In this document: positions 41,632 to 55,537 of the stretch, piece by piece | Layout of the letters: each line of letters opens with the position of its first letter | How positions within the stretch are numbered: position 1 is the first letter of the stretch | Assembly (NCBI RefSeq): GCF_036321535.1 | Contig: NC_087437.1 | Span: forward strand, 79,486,001-79,550,000 | Length of the DNA stretch: 64,000 nt | Source: Camelus dromedarius | Lineage: Eukaryota | Direction of reading: 5' to 3' | Notes under the pieces: generated by a model | What the model was told of the DNA's origin: nothing | Seen by the model: only the letters and a program-made list of their open reading frames with translations | Database searches by the model: none | Made by a program: the position numbers and the translations under genes

Positions 41632-41690
41632 CCTCTCTCTCTCTTTCTCTCTCCTTCTCTTTCTTTCTCTTTCTTTCTCTCTTTCTCCCC
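41632..41690 (+). repeat. CT-rich simple repeat
   Basis: Directly visible (CT)n/(CTTT)n tract. Confidence 0.85.
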
Positions 41691-42039
41691 ACCCTACCTC
41701 GGGAAAAACAAGAAGGCAGGAAGAAATTTACATAGATTGAGGCTTTCTCAAGGGAGGAAGGAGAACCTTTTTACTAAATCAGTCTGAAAGCAGAAACAAA
41801 GAGGATTTCTGGTATAACCAGCCTATTTGCTTTCACCTTGAAATCAGTTTCTATTTTGCAGAATCTGGAATCTCACTGTAATATTATACCATTACCTACA
41901 TTGCTTTGTGTTTATCTGAACAGACAGGAACTCCGCAGAATGATTCCTACAGTTTGCTTTAAGCTTAGATGCACAATACTAAGCAATCTATAAAAATCAA
42001 ATATGTTTCTACACCAAAACTGAGAACCTTTCAGACAAA

Positions 42040-44060
42040 GGGAACAGGATTTTAAGCTTCTACTTAGTATGTACAATACTAGAAAGAGCACTGTTTCCCA
42101 AAAAAAAAAACAACATAAAAAGCTGGATCTACAAACCAACATTTCCTTGAACTCATTAGGGAACTGAGATCACAGGGCAACAAACCAAAAATCTGTGGAA
42201 AGATAGGATCTTCCAAAGAGAGAGAGGACAGAGCACTTAGTTACCTGGGGCAGATGCAGAAGCTGAAGGGCAAGAAAGAAGAATCCAGCTAAAACTTAAA
42301 CCAATTGCTAAATAATGAGTATGGGCTAGTATGAGAGGCCAGAGCTTCTAGGAGCTGAAAGCCACAAAGGTAATTTATGACCATCTGCAGTATTTTCTCA
42401 AGAGGTGATCATGAGGAAAATTAGTCAAAGTAAGAGACAGGGAGAGCCCCTGATGATGTGTGTCAAGGGGAGGAGACTTTCATGCAGGAAGGGCATAAAG
42501 CCCCACTCAAAACCTCCCCTGTTGTCCCTTTAGAACAAAAGTTTAAGCCCCTGGTGTAAAGTAGTAAAATAAACTGCTCTCAGGATATCGGTGGAAAACC
42601 CCTGCATCTAGGAGTAGGAAATAAAAACTCACCTCTACTTATGCGGAAGGGGACAAAACACTCAGGACTCGTGTTATTAGAGATTATCCACCAGGGAAAG
42701 AGCAGGATCACTGAGGAGGAGATCCTCACATCCTTGAGACTGGCCGCACACTGCCCGCCTAAGACCAAGGCTGACCCCAAACACCAGGGAATGTCCGTGC
42801 CTTTCACTCCCTCTCCCAGATCATCAAGAGCTGCATGACAGATAACAGCAGTCTACTATGTGGAGAGGGGTGACGCTGTGAAGAAATATCTAACATACAA
42901 GTGCAAAGAGAAGACCTAAAGCAGAGAATGGAGCAGACATTGATGAAATCTTCCAGAAAACCAGTCTTCACACTAAACAAAAGGCAAAGGTAGAAAAATT
43001 TGAAGTTGGTGGTACAATAAGGGTAACCGTAACAACAACAACGTGGTTCACCTTCTGACTAGAAAACCTCAACCTGGCAAGAAAAGAAGTTTCACATTTC
43101 CAGGTCTCTATATCTCAGTCTCCGTGCTCCTATACAAGATGTCTGGTGTTCAAGTCGAAACTACAAGAAATACAGAATACAAGCAAAACACAGCACACTG
43201 TTCAGGGACTAATAGAACGAGCCTCATAAGACCCAGATATTGGCACTAACAGACAGAGAATTTTAAATCACTCTATATTCTTTTTATTGATTAATGATTA
43301 ATACATAAAAGTCTGTGGAGCAAAAGGCAGGCAACATGCATAGATAGATGGGGCAAGAGAAACATAAGAAATAATCAAAGGGAAAAACTCGGTGATAGAA
43401 GTGTGCACCACCTTTGACGGGCACATCAATAAACTCAACATAGTAAAGAATCACTGAGCGTGAAAATAGGTCAATAGAAAGAACACACAGAGAAGCACAA
43501 GGAGGTAAAACAAAGTGAAAAATAAAATGAGTTCCAAGATACAACCTAATATATTTGAAAATAAAGTCCCAGAAGTAAAAGACAAATAGAATAAAGCATA
43601 AGAACTGTTTGAAGAGATGATGGCCAAGACTCCCAACTACAAATCCTAGTAGCTCAGCAAACACCAAAAGTATAAACACAGCACACACACACACACACAC
43701 CCTCACCGCCCCCACCTAAGCACATTTCTATCAAACTTTCGAGAGCCAAAGATAAAGAACATATATTTAAAGCACCAGAGAAGGGAAGTCAGAATTATAG
43801 TAGACTGTTTGCAATAACAATAAGAAATGGAAGGATTTGCCAGGTAATGGAATGGCATGTTAGAGTGCCAGGGCAGGGGGAACTGTTTATTTAGACCTCT
43901 TTATCAGCAAACGTAGCTTTCAAACACGAAGACATACATTTCAAGAGAGGGGCTTCTAAAACAGCAGAGTGAGGATCTCTGGCGAATCCCCTCACTGGCA
44001 CAACTATTTAACTGATGAAAATTATTAAAAACAAACAAACAAAACCCAAGCACTGTAGGA
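42040..44060 (+). mobile_element. Ancient L1M 5' region / ORF1 remnant
   Basis: Decayed ORF1-like motifs from about 43300 to 43930 (gtttgaagagatgatggccaagac, aaagataaagaacatatatttaaagcaccagaga, aatggaatggcatgttagagtgc). The upstream boundary is uncertain. Confidence 0.55.
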
Positions 44061-44066
44061 AGGGCA

Positions 44067-44508
44067 TGCACTAGTTTCCTATCATTGCTGTAACAAATTA
44101 CCACAAACTTGATGACTTAAATGACATACATTTTCTTATAGTCCTGGAGTTCAGAAGTGCAAAATAGGTGTCTCAGCTAAAATTGAAGTTATAGGTAAAT
44201 ACACATTCCTCCTGAAGGCTTTGAGAAGAATCCAATCCCCTGCCTTCCTTAGTTTATGGCCTCTTTATATCTTCAAAGCCAGCAATAAATGGTAGAATCT
44301 TTCTTACATTGCATCACTCTGATGACTGACACTCCTTCCTCCCCCTCCTCATTTTAATCCAGGATAATCTCTTCATTTTAATATAAATTTATTAGCAGTC
44401 TTAATTCCATTTGCCAACTTAACCCCCCTTTGCCATGTTAATCAGCAGAACCTGTGAATGCTGTGTAAGACAGGGACATATTATGGGGCCATTATTGTGT
44501 CTACAGCA
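44067..44508 (-). mobile_element. MaLR LTR (MLT1C/D-like)
   Basis: tagtttcctatcattgctgtaacaaattaccacaaactt...taatccaggataatctc...ggggccattattgtgtctac, the reverse complement of an MLT1 LTR. Confidence 0.8.
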
Positions 44509-45560
44509 ATCCACTATCTGACACCAAATAGATTCACATCCAACCCACGTGCAAACACACTCATCCCACCCAAGGACACCAAAAGACTCAACCAATTAGA
44601 GCATCAGCTCAAGTTTTAAACCTCATATCAAAAGTCCCAGATGTTACTACTTAATTCAACTACATTAGGTATAGATGAGAGTGTGGGTATAATCCATTCT
44701 TAAAGAAAAATTTCTCCCTGCTTGTGGACCTGTGAGTCTCGTAAACAAGTTATCTGCTCCCCAAATAGAATGGTGGTACAGGAATGGGTTAACAGTTACA
44801 GAGATTTCCAGTCAAAAAGGAAGAAACCAAAAAGAAAAAAGGAGTCACTTGTCTTAAGCAATTTCAAAGTCCAGCTGGGAAAACAGTATTAGGTTTCAAG
44901 GCCTGGGAATAATTCTTTTCTGTTGAAGGTTCCACCTACTGGGCTCACAGTTCTGTTCTTAGAGTCATTATTCCTTTTCATGAAGGGGAGAATGTGTTTG
45001 AAGTTTAGTGATTTTATCATCCTGTTTCCTACCTACAGAATTTTGACAGCCTGACAAACTTCTTTCATTTCTTCTTCTCTCTGTCCCTTTTAGTACAAGT
45101 TGGCAGTATTTTCTTCTTCTATAAAAATTTCAAATATCTTGTGTGTCTCCCATGTATCTCACATGAACTCATTGTGTTAGACCAAAATTTCTCCCACAGA
45201 CCATTCCTGAGTAATCTTGTATGTGTTCCTAGCTTCTGCTGAGATGGCTGAGAGGATCTGTATGTTACACATCTAATCTCACAAAGCCCTTTGTGTGACT
45301 GAATACTCTGAACTTCTAATCCTCCTGACGCATTATAAAACGATTGTCTAGCCACAGATCTGACTCTCTCCATCCTTGTCTAATAATAAATTAATTTTTT
45401 CATGCTTTACAATCTAGATAACCTGAGAAGTCTCCAAATTGTCATGTCTCAATTCTTTTGCTTAACAGTTCTTTCCTCCATGTATCTCCTTCCTCTCACA
45501 TTTTACTACAGGTGACAAAAAGAAATCAGAGCACACTCTCAATAGTTTGCTTAGATTTCA
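44509..45560 (-). mobile_element. MaLR internal (MLT1-int-like) remnant adjoining the LTR
   Basis: gattcacatcc, tggacctgtgag...aaacaagttatctgctccc..aaata.aatggtggtacagg, aagcaatttcaaagtccagctggg. Confidence 0.65.
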
Positions 45561-47459
45561 GTGAGATTGAAGCCTCACTGGCAGAAGGAACTTGAACATA
45601 ACTCTGGCCAAACTCGAAAAATAGGTTACGCTGACCCAGAATCCAAAAATCAAGAATCTAAGATTAAAAATATCACAGTCATCCTGACGGTCTGGAATAT
45701 TGTGTGTATGCCAAAGTTTATACCGTTTCGGAAGCAACCAGAGAGGAGAATGCCAAGGTACAATTTTGTTTGTATGTGGGACAATAATATGATAATATAT
45801 GATAAAAGAAAAACAGTGTTTCTAACGATTTAGTGTAAGGAAGGCATTCAGATTTCCCATAACTTCTGCATCCAACTGCAATTGGTCTGTAAGTATAATG
45901 AAAGAACAATGCTAAATACATGTATTTGAACTCATTTATCCTGTAAGATATGTAAATCATCAGTTAGTAAATATAACCATGTATAATAGCTTAAGAGAAA
46001 TTATCAGGAGAGCAGAACTTCTGTTACTCTTTAACATAAATTAAAATAAAGACATTCCAATGTGTACCTAATTCTGGTATGAGTCCCCAGTTTCCTTAGA
46101 TCACTGATACAAACAAGTATAAACTTCAGAACTTCGCTCTTCTTTGACTGTTCAATGTAATTATCTCACCAGCCATTTTCAAGTAGACTGTATTGTTGTA
46201 TGTTTTTTCCCTAATGAGGTTTTCTTTATGTTTCGTACTCTCTTTTATTTGGCAATACACTGCAAGTTTTGACACATTCGAACGGCATTCATCAAAGCGT
46301 AAAGGGCTTGATTTCCTCATTAGTCATCTTTCATCTTTCCTATGTTTTTATTGATTTTTGGCTTGAAACACTCCTTTCAACATTCTTTAACAAAAATTCC
46401 TATTATGTTGACAAGAATGTTTCCTAATACATTTTGATGTTTTAATAAGGTATTAAAATCATTAAATCATTTTTGACATCACACAGCTTAAATAAATGCA
46501 TCGTTTTTTTGCTTTATTTTGAATATAGCAAGTTCCAATAAAACAGGGCTTATAAAATCCCATGATCTGAACTATTTTTCTGAAAACTTCTGACCAACTA
46601 TTAAATGCAGGCATAATCCTAACTACTGATGTTTAGTAAGGAGGCTGAAATGGAAAAAAAAAATCATTAAGTTGTATTTGTTTTTTTTTTTTTTTGAGTC
46701 TAGAAGACTGAGGCGTGAGAAATGTGGGGAAGCAGGAAGTGCTATGGGCCATTTCTAGAAATTCCTGGGTGCAGGAGTGCACTCAGCTGGGCTCCAGCCA
46801 ACACTCCTGCAGGGAGCGCCCAAAGCCTGTAGTGTAGGACCTGGGGGTCCCAAAGTCCTCCTCCTCCTCATTCTCAACTCCTCTTCCTGAAGGATGTCCA
46901 AATGGACAGTTCTCAGTGTATCCCTTCTTCCCCTCCATTTTCTGCTTGAAATCAATCAACCGGACTTAAATATCTTCCCCATGACGGAAGGGGCAATAAA
47001 ACCCACAACAAGAATGAAGGTAGAGCAGAGAGTATGAAACCATTCTCGTTTGCCCTGGACTGAGGAAGTTCCCAGGACGTGGGTTGTCAGTGCCAACAAT
47101 GAGGAAACCCCAGACATGAAGAATCAGGAGGATTTCCTCACCCTAATGCAGCATCATGCTAAGGTGACCTCAGTTTCGGGGTGTCTGTGCTGTCTCAGAT
47201 CCCAGCACCAAAAGACGATCATGTGTCTCAGATGAGGCAACCAGAATATTTTCTGAAATATCACACCCAAATATTTTTAGAGATAAATGATTAATATAAA
47301 TGGGTTAAACTACATAAAGCTATTCAGATACTGTGAAAAAAAGTCAAAACTCTGTGGATTCTTTTTTTAATAATTATTTTATAATGCCTGCTAAATCACT
47401 TATTTTCATCTCTGGATGAGGGACTCAGCTCCTGACATCTTCCAAAAGCCTTTATAAGC

Positions 47460-47710
47460 ACAGTGAAGCATAATTGGTCACAATTAGTTATGTGTGGATC
47501 AGAGAATAGACTTCGGAGGCAAACACTTAAGAGTCTGAATGCCTGCTGCAACATGTTTCCTGAGTGGTTCCCAGAAGTTCTATAACCTTCTGGTGCCAGC
47601 TTCTTAAATTTTAGTAGTGCTTGTCACACAGCAATGTTACAAGAGTTGAAAGCATTAATATATGCAAAAAATTCAAAACTGTGCTTGGTTCATACTAAGT
47701 ATGAAAAAAA
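47460..47710. mobile_element. MIR SINE remnant
   Basis: agacttcggaggcaaacac...gagtctgaat...cacagcaatgttacaagagttgaa...actgtgcttggttcatactaagt. Confidence 0.5.
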
Positions 47711-50455
47711 GTAGAGGTGTTATTTATTTCCCCATCCTGTCACTCAGTCACTTAAAAAATACCACTGATGTACAGTCCGTGATTCCCCCCAACCCCTCTA
47801 TTTCTAGTGCCTAGGAAAAGACTTGGCACTTAGAGTTGATAAATATTTGTTAAGTGAACCTGTGGCAGGAGACTCGGCTAAAAGATGAAATTTAACCAGG
47901 TCTCCTCAGGTTATGATACTCACTGTACACAGCCTGAAATGTCACCAAAAAGAATGAGCCAGCAATAACATACAGTGTTAATTTAAGGGGGTTTCTTTTA
48001 ACTAAGGTTAAAAGAGCTAAAGAAATGTACTTTGAGATAGTCCGGGGAAAGGACGTGACCAGCAATACTTTGGTGGACCAATAAGCTACTGGGCTAGTGT
48101 CACGGATCCTGTGAACCAAGGTCAGATGCTCCTTTCATGACTGAGGGATAAATTCACTCAGGTGCCAGTCATCAAGCTCCACTGGGAGTCACCTGAGCTG
48201 AATGAAGCTACCACCCCAAGCGTCATTCTTGAGATAGCCGTTTACCAGTGATCCACATGGGAGTAATAATGATGGATGCTGCCCCCTCCCTCAAATCAGG
48301 AATATCTAAAGGGCCATCTCACCTTGAGTCCGCAGAGTTGGCTCAGGTGTTGTGGTGACAGTGCAGAACCCAGCGCCCCCCTCTGCCCAATCTCTATTCT
48401 TTCTCTTCTTCAGTACATTCCTTACCACATCTAGGAGTTGGGAGGATGCCTGGGGTAACTTACACAAACTGATTAAATGATATTTTTGGACATGGCAGGG
48501 ATGCAATAAACATTAGAAATTTGCACTTTTATTTTTAAAGGAAACAACTCATTTCATGTAAGAATTCATGGAGCATTTCTCTGAAGACTGATCCATCTAA
48601 CATTTGAAAAATTCTATCAAGAAACTTACTTTTTACATTGAGCAATCCTGCTAAAAATCTTCAGGTAATGCTAAGTCAAAATCTTTTTCTTTGCATAACC
48701 TGAACTCATCTTCTATAATTACTTAAGATAAACATAATCCTTTAACAGTTTTTCAAATTTTATCTTGGTTAAAAAGAAATTTTCCCCATTACCTGTAAAT
48801 TATTCTATGCATTCATAAAAGAAATTATAGTTGCTTTGGTTTTTGTTTGTTTGCATTTGTTTGGAGCTTCCAAAATGATCATGATTCAGCTGCATTCTCT
48901 TCTTTGCTTGCTGGTAGCAGACTAAAGAAAGAATCTCCTCAGGAAAAAAATAAGTCTTTCTCTTATGTCCCTTGTATTCCCATTTGGCATATAGATAAAT
49001 CTGTGGATTCAGTATTAGTCACTGTGCCTGCAGAATGAAGAAACCTTATTAAAGAGATTACTCATAGAGGGTGGATCTTCTCCTAGTTTAGTCAAGATCA
49101 TTTTTCTCTTCCACAGCTGGAATATTTTGAAAGTCTTCATGAACTTTATGAAAGTGAGTAATAACTGAAAATTGGGTGACCTGAGGAAATGAGACAAGTG
49201 CACGTGCACTTCTGTAAACAAGGAGGACTTGTTCTTGTGACCACACCTTTTCCTGGGACAATTTCTCAGGATCATAATATGGACCAGGGAGGAAACCCTA
49301 GTGGACAGAATGCTCTAATGCTTTAAATAGACAGGAGCTCTTCTTCTTTTATTTTCCCCATGTAATTCCAACTTACTCCTACATGCCTTCATTTGAAAGT
49401 GCTCCCAATCTAGGTAGCATAAGAAATTAAAACAGAAAAACTGACTCACTAATAATTATAAAGGTATCCTACTTTCAATGTTGTAATTTTCTCACTTATG
49501 ATACTTTTATCCTTTAAATCTTTATAAGCACAATACAATTATTAAAGAGTGAAAATTAACAGTCTACAGAGCATCCTGTGAAGACACTGACTTTTTAAGG
49601 AATCTTTAACTTGTAATATAAATTTACCTATGTAAGCTTTCAAGGTATAAATAGCACATACAAAAACCCTAAAGCATACAAATGCAGACTTTTCACAAAC
49701 AGAACCACACAATCACTGCTTCTTTGCTGAAACAGGTCCAAGATAAAATAAAGATTTGATGTGGTTATCTGTCAGAGAACAGTTAATGTAGGGTGTGGGT
49801 CTTCTCTGTTTTCGCTATGATAGTTGGCAGGTGCACAGTTATCACTTGATGACACAGAATGAATTACTTCATAGTGCAAACAATGCACCTGAGACCAAGG
49901 GAAATAAAATTTTAAACAAAAGATAATGGAAAAAAAAACCAATCATCCTTGCTCATTATTTTTCATTTCCTTTTTTCTTCAAATGACTGTTTTTACTGGT
50001 TCAAAGAACATGGCAGATGTCGTCTGTACCTTTGTCACAGGGACTGAATAAAAGGTTGCCTAGAGAGCAAAAGCACCAAGGCAGGGTCATAGGAAAGCAG
50101 TATTTTATGATTCAGAAATAAGAACAAATATAATGTTTTTAACACATATTCCTAGTTGCATATCTTGCATACCATTTTGGAAATTAGTAAGTGCCCCATC
50201 ATTTTCTTTTTTGCCATTCTTTTATGCAGCCTACAAGTCACATGTCTCCTGGACATTGCAGTAACAGTCTAGCACAACTAGTCCTCAGTAGTAAATGTAG
50301 TTGAACAAATTTGAGAAATCTCTGACCACCAGCACATGGAAAACACATACTACCATCATAAGTCATGTGGTACTGCTCTAAACTGCTGTCAGATTTTAAG
50401 ACACCAAACACTGTTCTTTTGCAACCATCTCTGGTACAGTTTCACTTCTCTTTCT

Positions 50456-50480
50456 GTTTTTTTTGTTTTGTTTTGTTTTG

Positions 50481-50512
<32 letters not shown>
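50456..50512 (+). repeat. (TTTTG)n microsatellite
   Basis: About nine consecutive ttttg units. Confidence 0.95.
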
Positions 50513-51058
50513 TTACCCTAGTCCTTCCTTATGTTGCCATGCATGAAAGATCAACCAATGGGCCAAGGGTAGTGGGAATGGTTTCTATACATAAGATTGA
50601 AAATTTATCTTCTCCTCTCTATACTTTCCTGAATGCTGCTGCTATATATATTTTCTGGAGACTTTAACAAGTTTTTAAATATTTTAAGATTATTCTGCAC
50701 CCAACTGGAGAATTGACTCTAAAAAAAGATAAGTTTCACAGTGTTGAATTTTAAGGTGTGAATTGTCAGCTTTATGTTTCATCAAATTCCTATAAGGGAT
50801 ATGAAAAGTTTATGTAAATCTCTGGGGGAAAAAGGGAAAACCTATACAAATTTCTTAAAATAAGTGATGTAGGCAAGTATCTTGTGTAACCCATCAGAGC
50901 CAACATCATTGCCAGGATGTTCATAGTACTCTATTGAGTACTTAGGAAAAAATACAATCTGTTCCATAAAGAAAACAAACACACACACACACAAACATAC
51001 AAACCTGAATGAACAAAATAGCTCAAGAACTATTTCAAACATGATCCTAAGAATGGTG

Positions 51059-51545
51059 TGTATTGGTCAAGGTGTTCAGTTGCAAATGAAAAAAATTCAA
51101 GTCGTACAAGCTTGAGTCTTTTTTGATGGACATTACTGGCATACATAAATGAAAACTCACAGCTGGATCCAGGGGTTCAAATGATGACATCTGGAGCAGT
51201 AACCTCTCCCACTGGGCTGATTTATCCTTCTTTGTGCTTTACTTTCATTTTCAGACAACATCCTGCAACATGATGGACCCCCAGCCCTCCAGTCCTACAT
51301 TCTCACAGTGTGTGTGTGAGAGATAAGTATTTCTCTCCTCTTTAGTTTAGTACTTCTGACCAGCCTGCCTTGAATTGAGTACCATCCACTGTGGACAGGG
51401 GTAAGGATCTGATTAACAAGCCCAGATTTTATACCCAACTCTGGAACGAGGGTTTAGATCAGGTCCAAGGGAACCATGCAAATGGAAGATGGAAAACAGG
51501 ATTCTTGAAAGTGAGAGTCCTGTTATCAGGATAAGGAGAAATGTT
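51059..51545. mobile_element. Ancient MaLR LTR (MLT1J/K-like)
   Basis: tgtattggtcaagg...agttgcaaatga...cagctggatccaggggttcaaatgatgacatc. Confidence 0.6.
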
Positions 51546-52139
51546 CGCATATTCAGCTGATCAATGAATCTCTTCTAGAGTCTATCCTTGACAAGTGATC
51601 TAACAGGATACAATACTCATGGTTAGTTTACTAGTAAGGAGTTATGTGAGTTTCAAACTATGATATTAATACAAATAACATACTTATCCAGAAATGCTGT
51701 CATTGCCCTTCCCATCATCAAAACTACCACAAGTCCTGTGGGCTTCTGTTATTTCATGCCTTCACTTCTTTCTTGTCTGGCAGTTGTGTGTTATCTGCAC
51801 AGAAAATTTCAAATCGGCATCCCCTATCTAATTCCCTAGATGAAAGACCAGTTTTGTGGTGCTATTATTTTAAAGTAATTGCAATTTAATTCAGCAAATA
51901 TTCTATGATTCACTTACTTTGTTTTAGGCATTGGGCACTGTGCTATTCATTGCATTAAATAAAAATGTCTTAAGTCTCAGTTCCTGACTTTAATAGCCCA
52001 AATCTTAATGTGGAGAAGTAAGAACTATCTGTGAAATTCCAAAAAATAAGAGTAACTGATATGATCAAAATGCTGTACTAACTTTACCAGATTTTCCTTT
52101 AAAAATTATATGTACAAATGAATTTTTATATTATAAAGT

Positions 52140-52564
52140 AAATAGTAATTGATAATAGTACAATAATAATACATAAAGATATAGACTGAAGAGTCGACAA
52201 AGTCTAGAAGTTACTTAAATGTATTTAGGAATGTAATATATGATAAATGAATTCAGAATTAAGTTCATTTAAAATCAACATGTGAAATTGGGGAAAAAAA
52301 ATCCAGATAGTTGAAAAAATTAAAGGCAGATACATTTCTTGCCATGCAACACAGATTATAAATGAATCTAAAATTTAAATGTAAACAATAAAAACATTAA
52401 AATATTAGACAAAAGTATGCAATATATATTTACATGTTTTCAAATAAATGCATAGATACATACATACATATTAGAGGAAAGAAGTTTTTCTAATTATAGC
52501 AGAATCCAGAGCCATTATATATAACAGACTGATAAATTCAATTATATAAAAACTAAAAAAAAAA
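52140..52564 (+). mobile_element. Ancient L1M ORF2 3' remnant, host site of L1-B
   Basis: Decayed ORF2-like sequence: aatttaaatgtaaacaataaaaacattaaaatattaga...agaatccagagcc...gactgataaattcaattatataaaaactaaaa. Confidence 0.55.
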
Positions 52565-54233
52565 GGAGAGACGGAGAAGATGGCGGAGTAGAAGGACGCT
52601 CGCAGGTCACCCTCTCCCACAAATACACCAAGACCCACATCTACGGACCCACTCAGCCAACCAGAGCACCTGTGGAACTCCGACAGAACATCTCCCTCTT
52701 CAAAGGATAAAGACGTCAAAAATCTGGTAGGAGAAAAGGAAAAAAGAAAGAACAAAAGGCAAAGCAGCGCCGGACTGGTCCCACGGGGAGGGAGCGGCAA
52801 AGGAGGACTGGCGCTCGCTCGCTGGGCCTCCCCTCTCCAACTGAGAGGCCAACAGGAGGGAGGGGGAGCCTCCGAGGCTCGGATCTGTACAGAGCAGCCC
52901 TTGACTAACAGAACTAAGTTAAACGGGCACAGAGCGTCCCCCCAACACCCAGCCTGAGAGGCGGGCCGGCAGCGGCGGGCAGGGCCAGGCTGCACAAGCC
53001 GGGCGGAGGACGGAAGTGGCTGCACGGAGGCAGCCCCGGGGGAACGCAAGGGGCTGCGCGCCGTGGCTGTGGGTGCACAGGGCAGAACAACCTGGGCCCT
53101 CCATAAAACAGCACGGTTGATGTGCTCTCGGAGGAAGGGTGCACACCCCCATCTCTGAAAACCCGCGGAAAGTTTTCGGGGGAAGAGAGGCGGGGCTCAG
53201 GAACAGGCGCCATATCCTCTGCGCTGAGCACTCAGGCGGGGGCAGGAGCGAAACCTGCATCCGCACCAAAGGGCTTAGCAGCCTCAAAGGCCAGACTGAG
53301 ACTGGCCTGCAGTCTGGGGCAGATAGGATCCTTCCATCCTGGTCCCTCAGAGAACTTGCTCCACAAAGACAAACAAGGAGCTGGGTTCTGGCTCGGAGCA
53401 GGGACAGGGCTGTCCCTCGCTCTTCCCTGAGCCCACCCGCGGAGCGCCGACCAGGACGGAGCGCGCAGCCGCACAGAGAGCGGAACTACCAGCGGCGCAG
53501 GTAGAGGGAGAGCGGCCCCCCTGCCTTTCCGGCAGGAACACAGCCCCTGACCGAGGTGCTGGGAAGGGGCAAGACCCGCCCTCCTACCTGGCCAGTCTGC
53601 AACGTCTGACTATGGCATCCGGAGGGGCAGCGACCCGCCCGGCCACAGCAGAGAGCTGCACCTGACCCAGTGATAGGAGGAGGCGCGATCAGCTTGCCAA
53701 CAGGTGCTGGGAGCAGCACAGAAGAGGGCGCCAACGGAGGGCCTCTTAAAACAGCAAGCTGAGCTTCCAAAACAGGACGAAGACAGAAAGACTTCACATT
53801 AAAAGCACACAGACTCCAGGAGAACACCGACAACCCCCCCCCCCTTTTTTTTTTAAATCTGTTTTTACCTGTTCTATTTTCTATTACTCTCTAAATCTTT
53901 ACTTCTTAATTCATTTCTATTTCTCTTGGGTTTTGATGTCCTGCTATTGATTAGACACAGGTTTCAAATACATCTATTCATCTACCTCCCTTTTTTTGTA
54001 AAGGTTTTAAAAGGACGTCTCAACCCGATTAATACTCTGCTTCAACTCACTCTTCTATTATTCATTATACACTGTTTTCAAACCCTCTTTCTCCCTTCTT
54101 TTAAAATTCTTTTCTCTCTTATTTTTTTTTCTTTTTTTCCTAAGTTCTATTCCTAAATAGGCATCAGATAGATAAAACCCTTAAGGACCAAAATAAACAA
54201 CTGATATTCCGTAAACCACAGTGACAAAGAGGT
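52565..54233 (+). promoter_or_regulatory. L1-B 5' UTR / internal promoter, CpG-rich
   Basis: YY1-like aagatggcgg at 52577-52586; dense CpGs from about 52570 to 53780. Confidence 0.82.
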
Positions 54234-55133
54234 ATGAGCAAGATGAAGCAGAAAAACCTTTCCCAATTAAAAGAACAAGAGAAATCCCCTGAAAGAAAGA
54301 TCAACGAAATAGACATCGATAGCCTACTAGATCAAGATTTCAAAAAAGGAGTGATCGAATTGCTGAAGGAATTAAAAGAGATAGTGTTTAGAGATATAAA
54401 ATATGTCAAAAATGAAATTGAAGCTATAAAGAAGAGCCAAGTAGAATGGGTAAACTCATTGACAGAGATGAGGAATGATCTAATAGCTGTGCAAAGCTGA
54501 CTAGATAATGCAGAAAAACGAATTAGTGATCTAGAAGACAGGGCAATAGAAAGCACCCATTCAGAAGAACTACAAGAGAAGCAAATAAAAAATAATGAAA
54601 ATAGCATAAGGGACCTATGGGATAATATAAAGCGTCCCAATCTTCGCATAATAGGGGTCCCAGAAGGAGAAGAAAGATCAAAGGGGATTGAAAAGGTTTT
54701 TGAAGAAATCATGACTGAAAACTTCCCAAACTTAAAGAAGGAATCAGATATCCAAGTACAGGAAGCTCAGAGGGTCCCAAACAGGAAGAACCCAAATAGA
54801 CCCACACCAAGACATATCATAATCAAGATGGCCAGAGTCAAGGAGAAAGAAATGATTCTAAAGGTAGCAAGAGAAAAGCAAAGAGTAAGTTACAAGGGAA
54901 CCCCCATAAGGCTCTCAGCTGATTTCTCTACACAAACACTACAGGCCAGAAGGGAGTGGCAAGATATAGTCAAAGCCCTGAATGAAAAAAAGATGCAGCC
55001 TAGGATCCTTTATCCAGCAAGGCTATCCTTGAGGATAGAAGGAGAAATAAAGAGTTTCACAGACAAGAAAAAGCTGCAGGAGTTTAGCAACACTAAACCC
55101 ATGCTAAAAGAAATATTGAAAGGGCTATTCTAA
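54234..55133 (+). pseudogene. L1 ORF1p with a single nonsense codon
   Basis: In frame from ATG 54234 to TAA 55131-55133, except TGA at 54498-54500 where L1-A has CGA. Confidence 0.95.
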
Positions 55134-55537
55134 ATAGAAAAGCAGCAGGATGCTACAGAAATGAGAAACACACAACTGGAAAGGTGATAACTCATGAATT
55201 ACAAATAAAGTAAACATGAAATTATAAAAGAAGACATACAAATCACTGAGAGTGGGAGAGGGAGGCAGGGAAATATAGAATATTTTTTTCTTTCATTTTT
55301 AAATTTTTTTAACAGTAGGATGGGTTTGAGATCATGTTACTATCAGTTTAATAAAAACAGTTATAGTAATGGGTTGATAGATTTACAAAAAAGGGTAACC
55401 ACAAGCCAAAAATTTACAAAGGAGTCTCAAAAATTAAATAAAATCCATGATAATACAAAGGAAAATTACCAAACCACAAAAGGAAGAAGAAAGGAACAAA
55501 GAGGATATACCAATTCAACTGCAAAGATAAGTTCAAA

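Noticed and set aside
43284..43715. 143-aa hydrophobic minus-strand ORF resembling a membrane protein
   Set aside because: Antisense of an A-rich decayed L1 ORF1 plus a CA repeat; the hydrophobicity is a compositional artefact.
50336..50667. ORFs with FCFVL repeats
   Set aside because: Translation of the (TTTTG)n microsatellite.
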